Assembly: GCA_000320545.1 (NCBI GenBank)
Contig: ADNK01000121.1
Coordinates: 1 to 53,270 of the forward strand
Length of the DNA: 53,270 nucleotides
Source: Bigelowiella natans CCMP2755
Lineage: Eukaryota; Protista; Cercozoa
Direction of reading: 5' to 3'
The position numbers were made by a program, and so were the translations under genes. Shown here one piece after another: positions 11,748 through 23,831 of the stretch. The notes beneath the pieces are model-generated. The model worked only from the letters and a program-made list of their open reading frames with translations, was not told the DNA's origin and did not search any database. The stretch's first letter is position 1. Each line of letters starts with the position of its first letter.

Positions 11748-13532
11748 GGTGCCGTGAAGGCAAGACGTGTACAGCCGAGCCAACGTGCAATAGCAATGGT
11801 AGGAATTGGGTGGCGGCGGTGAAGGCAAGTGAAGTTAAAAAAGAAGCGAGCATGTCCGTGTTTTTACTATTCTGCTGTGTTTCCCCAGAAGGCAAAATTT
11901 CGACCGGAATTTGACCGCATCAGCATTCTGGCGGGAAAACTGTGTGCTGAGACGAGAAACACGGTTTCTTGTTATTCTGTCAAAAAACATAGCCAAAAAT
12001 ATGTGTCGCATTTGCAAAATGGATTATTTCAATATGAGTGTCGTCCATCCAGATTTTGGTCCAGAAAATCACCCAAGTACAACCCGCATGTTTGGGAAAA
12101 AGTACCCGTAGAGAAATTAAAGGAAAAATGCATTTTTTGCACTCTTAGCGTTGGTTACGAGGATTTTTTAGGTATTATCTGGAGGAAATATTACCGTTTC
12201 TGAAGGAAGTGTCGCAAAGGGCAAACAAGAAAATTTTACTATAAAGTCAAGAAGATACTGTTTCTACGACAAGCTTATATCGGTCTAATGGATGTGTTAA
12301 TTGTTTGCATTGAAATGCGTACGGTCGTTACTTTTCCTGTTGTTGTGACGATTCTCTTATTTTGCAAGAATTATCTCCTTGAATCTTTGCTACAAAGTAC
12401 TGAAGAACTGGAGTAAATTTGCCAAATTTGGTGGAGTTTTTTCCTATTTATTTTTAATTGCTCGGGTTGCAGTTTCTGAGACATGTCGGCCAAATAATTC
12501 GAATTTGCAACGATAAATATCTAAGATGTGCAATTTTAGCCTATGGCAATATGGCGGGGCGAGAGTTATTGCTGATTACTTTTCGAGGGAAAGTGTTGGT
12601 CCAATTGGCGCCAATTCTCGGTCGTTACTGCGTACTCTAAAAGGTACCGAGAAAGATGCGTGTCAAGTTTCAGCTGTAGCACCTGTGTATCCCTGAAAAT
12701 CTTTATAAATCCCCTGCATGTTGTTTTATTTTTCATGCAAGGATTCTTTTGACAAGTTAGTTATGTTGCATTTTTGACATGTGACAATTTGGATGTATTC
12801 TTCCATACAGAATATGTTTTTTACATCGAGATGTTGTCAACATGTGAGCATTTTTCATGTCGTAATATTAAAACACAAGCGTATTTTTAAGTATAATGAC
12901 TACCATGGGTTCTCATTCATCCAAAATTTCTTCAATCAACAATGAGCATTAGTCACATCTTCACGTTGTGGAAAAAGGCTGCAAAACTGTGGTAAATGTT
13001 TTTAATGAAATTTAAATTCTAAGTCGCAATGATAAAACAAACGTCTTTCATGAAAATTAGATTTCCAGAACAATATTCCATCAAAGTCTTCAAACGATCG
13101 TAGAGATCTCAAAAAAAGGACACGATTATTCCATTTTGTAGGTAGAATAATGCATCTTTGTCGCAAAGTTTCCTGTAAGTTGCATGCGAATTCGTGCATG
13201 TTCCGTCTGAAGAGAGAATATCTTAGTATTGTGGCGGGACGCAAGAGAGCGGTAGTTTGCTTGAACGATCAACATGGGTTGTCGCGATGTCATTATTCGG
13301 CTGAGCTGCTGCTGCCGCCTTCGCCCTGCTTACTGCTGCTGCTGCTGCCAATACTGGAAGGAGCGGGAAGAAGCGCGCGCGGCTAAACTAATTGCATTCA
13401 ACGCACAGGACCCTCTGCACCAGAGAGCGAGCGAGAGCGAGACGAGAGACGAGAGGCCCGCTCCCACTCCTCCCCGCCCCCTTGTTGATCCACTCTCCTG
13501 CCATCGGCCCCCCGTGAGATGCCAGGTGGCCA

Positions 13533-13612
13533 TTTCCCGCGCATATTTTGATTCCTATCCGAACCTTGCCCACTTGGCGGGTTCTTGGCGGAATGGCGGG
13601 TTCTTGGCGGGA
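13533..13612. promoter_or_regulatory. Cluster of E2F/DP-like sites
   Basis: TTTCCCGCGC at 13533-13542 plus four tandem (T/A)TGGCGG(G/A) at 13574, 13585, 13593 and 13604. A further TGGCGGGAAAA lies at 11929-11939 at the other end of the same intergenic region. Confidence 0.5.
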
Positions 13613-13768
13613 TTGGATTTTTTTGGTCCTTCCCGGTTCTCCATGAACCTTTTCTGCTTCGGGATGCTCATACATACATAATCCATCCCTTGAAGCGATC
13701 TAGGCGATGTTACACCCCTACCTCTGTTATTTAACGCTATTCTATCCGATCTTAACAAAATCGCTCAG

Positions 13769-16021
13769 GCCACAGTCCGAAGAAGAAAGGGATAAATGTA
13801 TTGTTACCCGAGCGATCTCTTCAGGATCTTTTGTACAACAAGAAATCCTGCAGGTCGCCAAAAGGCGGGAAACGACGCTCGACTCCGGTATGCACGCTTC
13901 TCTAGCCGAATAGCCATGTTCTTATATATTGTGGAAAACTCCTTGACGATGAGGTCTGATTTCCAAATTTCAATAACCTTGCCTGAATCTTCAGGACTCA
14001 ACTCCTGGTGGGTCAACTAAGCGTTCTTCGCGGAGGGATCTGACTACAATTGGGACGGACAACAGCAGCAGTTCTGGCGCGCTGAACTATCTGATTCTCA
14101 GGTACGTCTCTTTAAACCTTCCCTACCATTTCTTGCTCATTCTTACCCTCTATCCCTCACCTGCTTGCGTTAATATATCTCATTATATTTGATGAAATCA
14201 GTCCGGATAAAGGTAACAGGCAAAATTCTAGAGATGGCAAATCACTAGTGTCTTCAGGAAGAGCACGCGGAAAGGTCATAAGGCGTAAGTCGTCTCGGCC
14301 GCAACCCCCCACTTCATCTCGAAGTTTTCTGAGCTGCCCCGAAGAAGGCCCTCCCCCTTTAGAATCCGTCGTTGACGAATCCAAACATGTGAGTCACACA
14401 GCTAGCAATTTTATAGCAAAGCCTGTAGGAAATGTAGAACTTAATCGTAAAGCTCGCATGGAGATGAGTGCCATGAGCATTTTGTGATTTTAGTTTTTGC
14501 AGCAGCGCGGCCATATCAAAAGACGGCAGTGATTAAAATATTTTCCCGACATCTTTTGGCACGATGATCCTGTGTGTAACCATCATGAACTTCTAATATA
14601 CTTTTCCTCAGATCAAGAGCGACCGCAGCACCACTGCAGCTGGAAAACAGACATCCCTCCCTGTGACACCGGGGCGAGATTCTCAACGTCCGAACAAGAA
14701 AAGCTCGTCGAGTAACATTTCGGCGGAGCTTGAATTTATTAAGCGGAACTTTGGATATCTTGACTCCGAAGAACTGCTTCTCGCAAGGCCGAATCGAGGC
14801 CCCGAGCAAGGAAGTAAAGCAGACGATGAGGCGTGCTTCCAAGGTATTACCAACCGATCTGCAGAAAGCGAAGGAGCACTTTGATTTCGTTGACACAATC
14901 TCACATCACTGAAGTCTTGCTCCTTCTCTCTTGTCCCGCCAGCATTGTAGTAACACTGTGTAACATCCGTGTTCCTCCCATTTTCAGGCATATTGGCGTG
15001 GGCGAAGGATACGTCCTGGAAGTCCTCGAGACCAGAAGATGATTATTTTTTCAACCCTCTCTCTGCTTGCTGGCCAACCAGGAATCATACCAAACAGGTA
15101 ATGGTTAATATGCTATATACCTGGTCTGTGTTCGCACGCGCTCGCGTGCATACAATTCGCACGTGATCGTGCGTGTTGATATTAAAAGGGAAATTAGCAG
15201 GACGACTTGGCACCATCTTGTCTTGTTTCTGCCTGTTGCTCCAAGTGTTCATCCCCTATTGACACACACAAACAAAGCTTATTCTGTTGTGCCTGACCGC
15301 TTGCTAACTGCGGTACACCCAATGCCCCTCCTCCTCCTCCTCCTCCTCCTCCTCCTCAGTATACTATTCTCGAGAGAAACAAGATCCTGCGGCACGCTCT
15401 TGAGCCGAAGCGGTTCCCAGTCCGACTCGAGTCTCTTCCCTCGATGAGCACGGCGATGATCGTCGAGGAGGCGGATGCTCGATCCAACAGTAGCAGCGGC
15501 GGTTGTGGCGACAGAATCTATGACTCTTCAACAGTGAGTCTGCAGCACAAGCTGCCTAGAAAGAAGCAGGAGCGTAACGGCATGGATGCACAAGAAGAAG
15601 GAGAAGAGAGCGGAACACCCCCTCTTCATCTTACGACCCCATCTGCTGACAACAAACCGTCTTCTTCCAAGCACCCTCCGCCTGTGCCGCTTTTCAGCGA
15701 GCCTGAGGCGAAGAAGATGAAGAGGGGTAGCCCGAGCATAGATCTACGGCTGCTGAAGGGCCGCCGCTCGCTATCGTTTCCGCCATCGTTGTCGGTATCA
15801 TCATCATCACCTTCTCATCGTCACCAATACTCCCCTACCACACATTCACCCTCGTCAAGATTCTCCCCTCAAACAAGAGAGGCTGGCCTGGTGCTTTCAT
15901 CCCTTGGAGGAGAAGAATGTGCGCGCTCTTCTAGCAGTAGTAGTAGTAATAGTAATAGTAATAGTAATACTAGTTGTAGTAATAGTAATAGTAATAGTAA
16001 TAGTAGTTGTAGTAATAGTGA

Positions 16022-16060
<39 letters not shown>

Positions 16061-18129
16061 TGGTAGCGGTAGCGATAGCAACTCGAGAGGAGAAGGACCC
16101 GAGATTTCATATTTAAAGAGCTGCCACCCAGCTCTGTGATATCCATTAACTGTATATTCATTTTGCCACCCCCCCCGCCCATTCTCTCCTGTGCTATCTT
16201 CTTCATCCTCTTCTCTTCTCTAAAGATGACTCAGATGACGCTGTCGCCTCACCGACGACGAAGTTGCCACGACAGAAAGGTAATATACACATACGGCCAC
16301 TAGTTGTGTGTTAGAAATGCCGTCGGTTCAATCGATGGGGGGGCGGGTCGAGCTCTGATAGTCGTCAGAGCTTTGACGCTAAGTTTATCCACTCTTCTGC
16401 TCAGGTGTCGGCAAAAGCAATGATGTTAAGAATAGTGTTGGCCCCGTCAAATTCAATGCTTCGCCTTCAAAGAAATTCCAGAGGCCTTCTCCTTCACATG
16501 CAAATAAGGTAAAAAAGGAGGATGTCGCTGCTGCATGCTGCCGTGCTCTCATTGCTGCTGCTACTGCTACTACTACTACTACTACTACTACTACTATTAC
16601 TAACTACTACTACCAGCTCCAACACGTTTCTCTTTTTGCTCTGCCCTAATCATCAACAGCATCATCAACATCACTACCAGCATATCATTGTCGTGGTAGA
16701 TCCTGACTGACTTCATGTTGTTTCTGCGTCTTCTCCGTCTTGGCCATCCTCCTCCTCCTCCTCCTCCATCTCCATTTCCTCTCCCTCTTCATATTATTCA
16801 GCAGGCGGCCAGTAATAACCCTCGTGTCGTCGTGATTGGCGGTACTACTGGTGCCGCCAGCTCTGCGCCCCGAGCCCCCCCCCCTCAGAAGAAGAAATAC
16901 GTTTTCGGGGCAGGAACTTCCAACTCGCCTTTCCATGCGATGGAACAAGAGGGAAGCACAGCGAAGAAGAAGAAGAAGAATCGAGATCACGGTACTCTTC
17001 TGAACTCGCCTAGCGTGGTCAAACAGAGGCTCACCAGCGCTGGTGACAACAAAAATAACAGTGCACGTGTTAAGATAGAGAAGCAGGAAACTCTCACAGC
17101 ATTTATGAAGGTGAGCAAGGTGGGAAAGCCGTCTCCCTCTCCAGGCAGCATCGATCCCTCGATCTTAGCTTCAAAGAATGTCCAGAAAAGGATCGCGATG
17201 ATGATGATGGCCTCCCCTGCTCGCAAGGCTGCAGCAGCGAAGCCGTCGATACCAACATCGTCCCAGAAGAAGGTAATTCAATTACTTACTGATAAGCCTC
17301 CTCCTTCTCCTCCCCCTTCCCCTATTTCATCTTCGTTGAACATATATCTAAGTTGTGACTCACGCCACCACGCTCGTATCGATGTTGATGTGCGTAGGAG
17401 GGGCTATTCTCGATATTCAAGAAGCCGTCGTCTCTCAGGCAGCGAAGGGCGACGACAACGACGCAAGTTGTTTCAGGGTCAAGACCCGATTCCTTCCTAT
17501 CTCCTCCTCTTCAGCGTACCAGCCGACGAGGTAAGAAGAAACCATCCTCATCCTCATCCTCCTCCTCTCCAAGACTGGGGGATCTTACTGCATACCCAAC
17601 TGAGATTTCGCCAGCAGCAAAGCAGCAGCAGGCCATGTCTCTCTTAGGAGCCGAGGGAAAAGCGGACGGAGAAGTTTATCTTGCATCAAACAACGATACT
17701 AGGACGCCCCATCCCTCTCCTCCTTCTAGCCATTCTTCTTTCAATTTTGCTGTACCTGGTAGTAGTAGTAGCTGCACGCGATCCTCGAAGCGCGTGGCGG
17801 CTGCGGCACGGGCAGCAGCTCTCTCGGGTGCGGAGACACTCCTCTCCATTTCCCCTCGTGCTTCGGTAGCGACTGATAGGATGGTGGTTGCTACTACACT
17901 TAATGATGAAGATAATAATCAAGACGATGATGGTGCCTCTGCCCCCTTCCAGTCACCCCATAAGAAATCCAAAACTCTCAGGAAGAGACGTAGTAGGGTT
18001 GGGGGCGAGGACATCGGCGACGCTGTGGGGGCACGAAACCTGCTGTCCTCGTCGCCATTGTTCATCTCTAAAAAGAGCATGTCCAAGACACTTCGAGGGA
18101 AGAGAAAGAGGCGCCGCGTGGTATTATAA
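13769..18129 (+). CDS. Hypothetical intrinsically disordered Ser/Pro/Lys-rich nuclear protein, multi-exon; start codon not resolved
   Basis: Exons at ~13769, 13995, 14202, 14611, 14988, 15360-16110, 16226, 16405, 16805, 17398 and 17615 join through GT-AG sites, in frame at the junctions I checked (HSPKKKG...SPDKG...TPGR...GILAWAKD...YTILERNKILRHALEP...). Ends in NLS-like RGKRKRRRVVL*. No recognisable folded domain. Confidence 0.6.
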
Positions 18130-19216
18130 AAAGGATCCCCGACGGAAGATTTCCCCCCGCCCCGTCCAACATACCACCTTTGCTAATTAGTTTCTCCGTT
18201 CTGACGTCAGCCCAGATATATAATATTTTTTATTATAATAATTTACTGAATATCGAAGAATTGATCGACGACCACATCATTCATGTGGACTCGACAAGTG
18301 CTGCTTCTTACCTACAACTGCCCTGTTCATTATATCTTTGGCCGATAGTACGTCGGATACTACACCTTGATTACAACTCAAACGAGGGAAAAGGGAGGGG
18401 GGTTACGAAATTTCATACACTCTCCTACCTCTTCTCTACTCTCGTTTCTCCTTCAATTCAGAAACAATGGGGACACCTACATCTTACAACTGAGTGAGCT
18501 CATCAAGCTAAACCGAGTATGACGAGCTGCTGTTATCTTGTAACGGACATAAGTCTTGTTATCATTGACATCATTAACAATCAATGCAGGGGCCAACTAC
18601 ACGAGTCTCGATGATGAAACACGTTGCGCCACGTGTTTCGTCCTTAACGCCGACAGAAGTCTAAAACAGCACTCCTCCACTGTAGACACAGCAAACACAT
18701 CACATGTGCGTATGTCTGTTGTCTCCCGCCTGTTCTCTGTTCACAAAAAAAAACTCTGAACTATAGAACATCTGTTGAGGTGACACGTGCATGATAGACA
18801 TGCAATACACAACATATATGCCATGTTGAACTTCACCATGCAATGATGAGCAGCGCAACCATGAGACGCCTGTGAAAATCGTCAATATTGAATTTGCAAT
18901 GCGCATGTCACAGATCGGCATGCATGCGCCAAACCATTCGATGGGCACTGGAGGCACACACTGCAATGTGCGTTGCACATGCGGCATGCTGCGGTCGAAT
19001 CTGCGCAGTGCGTGCAGTGCAGCTGCAACAAACGAGAGCAGTGACCAACGCGCAGAGATGTGGATATTTGTGATCCAAGCAGTCGTGATTGACGCAGGCA
19101 GGCCTGGCATTGGCTAGCTGGAGCAGCGCAGGCCGGCTAGCCGGCGATGCCGCAGATCGACGCTTGCTCGACAGGGACGGCCATACTGGCATGGTCTGCA
19201 TGGTCGTCATCACAGA

Positions 19217-20218
19217 CTGAGACACTTGCAAAGTGCGAAACGCAGTTTTGCTAGAGTGCATGCCTCGAATGATTACTGTGTCCATCATTCGAACCGGCTT
19301 TGTGGATGTGGAGGACTGATTGGACTTGAAAACTTGGCATTTTGGCTGCATGGCCAAGCTAGCAAGTGGGGCAGCGCAAATGGCGACAATGTGACGGCGA
19401 CGCAAAGCACCTCTGACCTGCTCTTCGCAGGAACTTCCTGAAAGCTGCATTCACACGCTAGTCCGCGGCCGCCGGGTCATCCGAAGGAACACCAAGTGAG
19501 ACACTGGTTTTGGTGGAATCAGAGGCGTGAAAGAAGAGGGAACAAACAGGCAGACGAACAGGGACCCAAGGCCACTCTTGCGTCCGAGAACAGTCTGTTT
19601 CTCGCAGCACCCACGCACAGCGAACAGTGATGAGTGATGTGGTTGACGCTTTGACGAACAATGAACAATGATGAAAAACTGCACTTCCGCCAAAACGTTG
19701 CAAGACACTTGCAGTGTGCGAAACGCAGTGCACAAACCAACTTTGGTGAGGTCCAGCCAGTGAAACCAACAAAAGGAGTCAAGAATGGCACTCTGGTTGT
19801 GCAATGGCACGTGTGGCAACAATGTGGCGTCGACTCAAAGCAACTGCTCTGAGCAGGAACTTCCGCGAAGGCTGCACCTGTTCGACGGAAGACGACAGGA
19901 CGATCACGGTCTCAGCCTCGGTCGCGATCTCCATCCTGCAATCTTAGCCGCCATCGAACTTCAGCATAGCAAAGCGGACAAATCCCTGCCCAGGGGGATG
20001 ATGGTGAAAGTGTCCGACGTGTCCGAGTGTGTCCGAAGGTTCACTTGTCTCTCAGAACTTCCTGTGAACAATGAGAACAATGACGAAAAACTGCACTTCC
20101 AACGTGCAACAAGACACTTGCAATGCGCGAAATGCAGTGCCTCGAACTGGCTTCAGTGAGGACTGACTAGCGAACTAGCCGAAGGTGTCCGGATGTGTCC
20201 GAATGTGTCGTGTCCGAA
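19217..20218. repeat. Three diverged copies of a repeat unit plus GTGTCCGA motif clusters; TpA-depleted relic of a probable mobile element
   Basis: GACACTTGCA..G.GCGAAA.GCAG at ~19221, ~19704 and ~20113. AACAATGA.GAAAAACTGCACTTCC at ~19664 and ~20076. GCAGGAACTTCC at ~19427 and ~19853. GTGTCCGA x3 at ~20010-20037 and again (degenerate) at ~20185-20217. Confidence 0.75.
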
Positions 20219-20699
20219 GATGACCCATGATGGAAATCGAGAGGCAATCAGATCAACTCTTCAAAAATTGCAGACGGTGAGGAGATGTCTTCCTATTATC
20301 ATCCGCTGTTGCCGGATATCAACAATGGTACCGGCATTTCTGGAAATATTCTTCAATTTCAGGAAGATTGTATGGCTTTTTTAGTCGTAATTTTCACTTT
20401 CGCACAAGAATCGGCCGTGAGTGCGCGGAGTTATGTGACAGAAAATTCTACAGATTCCGATGTCAAATCAATATGACGACATAAAAAACTTATTGTCGTC
20501 AGCCTATCCAAGCTACAGATTTTCAAGAAGGTTGATTTCCTACTTAACAAGCCATCACTCCTCCTGGTGCTGTTTCACTTTTGTATTTGTTGAGTTAGTT
20601 CAGTCCTTCCCACCCTTCTGAGTGAGTGAGAAAACTTGGGTATTTTTTGGTTTTGACTTTTTATTAATTTCACTGATCCAGAATCGGAAACCCACAAGC

Positions 20700-21219
20700 A
20701 TGGAACAGAAAATAAAAATTCCTCGCTCTTTCAAACTTCTGGAAGAATATGACCATGCCGTTGGTAAGGAGAGCAAAACAAAGCTTTCAGGGCAACATCG
20801 AGGCTACATCACTTATGGTTTAAATGACTACACTCGGGAATCCAAGGATCCTCTCGGTTCATGGCGCGGTATCATCATTGGAATCCAGGGTAAGCAATCG
20901 GGAGAATTATTCTACAATTTCGAAGTAACTATTCCAAAAGGATATCCAGCTCAGGCTCCTGTTATTAGATTCAAAGGGTAAGCTTGATCCAAATAACAGA
21001 ACGGATTGAAATCTCACAAAATATTTTATCAGGCCAAAGATGGACCTTGCCGCAATTGATAGTAGCGGAAACGTCAATCTGGGAAAACTGAGTCCTGCCT
21101 TCAAGTGGACACCAGACAAATGGATTGCTGATATTTTAATGGCAATCCGAAACAACATGCATAATCCTTCTGTCTTAAAGACAAGTGTACAGAAAGCACG
21201 TGAAGGAAATTACTTCTGA
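20700..21219 (+). CDS. Ubiquitin-conjugating enzyme variant, MMS2/UEV1-like; 2 coding exons
   Basis: KIPRSFKLLEEY (cf. recalled MMS2 KIPRNFRLLEEL), ITYGL, WRGIIIG, YNFEVTIPKGYPAQAPVIRF, W..DKWIADILMAIR, EGNYF*. No HPN motif or catalytic Cys. Intron 20978-21032. Confidence 0.82.
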
Positions 21220-21640
21220 TTTTACGGTTCTCACTAGCAAATCTTCTGAGTAAAAAGCAGCGCAAGTATGAACATTGACTGATTTTGTCAAACCATACCA
21301 CTCGTTGAATTTTAGTACCACTAGCATCTAGTCGTAAAATAGTGTTAGGTATTGCATGGTGCCAGGGGGGCAAAACTGTTGTTACAAGTCATTCTTTAAT
21401 TAGTTCTTGCAACATCCGCCTCACATCTGATCGACATCACATGCGCGTAGATTCAATGCTGTTCCACCTTGCATGAAGTTGCAACCCAAATTATTTGGTA
21501 CAAGACGCGCACTCATGCGACGATTTGCAGGCGGCGCGACGCGCGCCACATCCATGCGAGCAGGAACTCCTCTAGTCACGTTGTGAAAGCTACGTACATG
21601 TGCACTAATGCAATTCATTTTGAGAGTGCTATGGAGTGTG

Positions 21641-21780
21641 AGACGGATGTAATGCATGAAGTGATACTATTAAAGTGACACTATAACTATAACACTGAAT
21701 CACTATTGTACATGTACTGTAATCTTTTCAATAATAGTCATCCTAATATAGCTATGCAAAGCAGCGCGGCTACAACACGC
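21641..21780. repeat. Dispersed degenerate repeat, copy 1
   Basis: Shares GATGTAATGCA (21646-56) and AATAGTCATCCTAA (21733-46), followed by TAGCT and TACAAC, in the same order with 46007-46085. Confidence 0.55.
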
Positions 21781-22628
21781 TCACATGCAGCTATCTAGCT
21801 TGGGTTGTGTCCATATGCTGTCTCGTCTATGTGTGTTGCATTGTGTGTTCCATGCATTTGAAAGCTGTTGCATCCTGTCGTCGATCGATGTACGCACGTC
21901 ATGCCGTGCGCGCAGCGGTCCGTGCCTCTTTTTTTTTTCAGCTTTAATGAGTTAGTCGTTATTTATTATTCGTGTCGTCGTTTCGATTCATGATGGCACT
22001 CAATTGGTTTCATTTTGATAGTGTAGATCATGGTCTATCAATCTAACGTCTAGTAATGTGTGGTGTGATAAATGGTCATGCACAATGATGCAGTAGTGCA
22101 GTAGTAGTGGTGTAGTAGTGTAGTGGTGAGCCAGCCTAGCAGCGCACAATAAGCCGAAGCGCATATGTACACCTGCATGTGCTAGGTATACTGAATATAA
22201 TGATAGCGCAACCATCACTTAAGAATTGAATGCATGAGCTTCAAATAGAGCCATGCTAGTACTAGAGCAGCGCATGCGCGCACACAGAATCGAACGTCTC
22301 CTATTCATGATTATAAATATCATTTTCGTTCGCAGCACATTTTGATCTCAGAGTGCACATTGCAACAAACAAGAGGGTTCCGACAAAGCTATGCTGACAA
22401 TAAAAATTTTCCATCTATTCAGATCTTAATCTACAATGACTGCTGTACATATCTGTAGGTGTTAAGGGTAGATCTCCCATTGAAAAACTTATCGATACCG
22501 GACTAGCGTGGACCGTTTAGCTAGTATGACATTTTTGAACACAGAAACTTCATTTCGAGGTATATTTAAGTCTCACCTTTAACAAAGGCATGCCTAGATG
22601 TGTCGATTCATATACTGAAGACCATAGA

Positions 22629-23831
22629 CTAGCCGTCGATTTCCATGTAACTCGCATCGCGTAATTCAGGAAAGTTTTTTATCAAGTCTTCGAGTTCAGA
22701 TTCGGCATAGACCAGCCCTTGATTGCAAGCTCTGCTTAAATATTTGTAAGCTAATACAGGCTCACTATTTGTTCCAAAGCCCATTTTGTAGCACCAGCCT
22801 ACGTTATAGCAAGAGACACCGTGTCCCTGAATTGCGGCTTTCTTATGCCATTTGAACGCCTGGCGATAGTTGACTGCAACACCATATCCGAACTGGTAGC
22901 ATGACTGTAAGAGTTATGATGACACTTATGAAAAAAATGAAAGCACTTAGGGATACTATTGAAACCATTCCCAAATCTTCCCAACACCACTGGCTCATGA
23001 TTTTAAAAAAAAAAGAAATTAAAAATTGTTGAAAAGAACAAAAGTATTACCCCTAAGCAACGTTGCCCAGTAGCATTTCCTGTCTCTGCAGCACGACGAT
23101 ACCATTTCTCCGCAGTTACGGGGTCCTTCTCGACTCCATCCCCAAGGAGAAAACAATTGCCGAGTTGAACCTGTGCCAAGGGATGGCCCTGGGCTGCTGC
23201 CTTCCTGTAGTCAGCTAATGCCTTCTCCATGTTTCTTCCACCATGCACGTCTCCTTGATGCAAAAGCATTGCCCGTGCGCAGTCGCTCTTTAGCGATGCG
23301 GCTTTCCTGATGTACTTTAAGCCAAGCGCTTGATCCACGGCTTGGAAGTTATTGCCGTTGAATATGCTATATCCAGTCATCAAATATTCATCTGCCTTCG
23401 CGCGAAGGCTATCTTCGTTATCAATCTCATTCGAAAGATCTATCTTCGATTCTAGTTCATTCTTTCCATTCGATGGCAGAGAAAAATGGTTGTCGTCAAA
23501 TTCTGTGGGACTCTCACTTTCGAAGCGAAAAAACTCATCATCATCAAATTCCTCGTGTTCTTGTGGGGTAGCTGCAAGAGCACTCCGAGGGGTGACCCTC
23601 GTGCGATATGGCTCTGGTACCTATCCAAAAACCACGTTCAGACTAAAATCTCATATATCATCCAATAATAATCCAGAGGAAATTGAAACATTCACGAACC
23701 AGAGGACTTCTCCCTGACATCCAGGGGGCAGTTCGGGGTTCTTCGATTCCCTTGCGATGCCCACAGCACCATCCCGGCTCTGATACATCATCGAAAAGCC
23801 TTGATTTCCGACTCCCACATGAATTTCCCAT
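22629..23831 (-). CDS. Sel1-like repeat (SLR) protein with MGxxC N-terminus, 3 exons
   Basis: MGNSCGSRK..., an acidic linker, then SLR repeats ALADYRKAAAQGHPLAQVQLGNCFLLGDGVEKDPVTAEKWYRRAAETGNATGQRCLG|SCYQFGYGVAVNYRQAFKWHKKAAIQGH...YNVGWCYKMGFG. TAG at 22629. Confidence 0.88.

Noticed and set aside
11829-13250. ORFs and repeated CGGTCGTTAC / TGTCAA words in the 1.4-kb divergent spacer
   Set aside because: No protein signal, no convincing TIRs, and too few motif copies to distinguish from chance.
18700-20160. Unusually many overlapping 90-180 aa ORFs on both strands (also at 4884-5521 and 51057-51796)
   Set aside because: An artefact of TpA loss removing TAA/TAG stops; no recognisable protein motifs.
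19217-20218. CRISPR-like or satellite array
   Set aside because: The units are long, diverged and irregularly spaced, the context is eukaryotic, and there are no cas genes.
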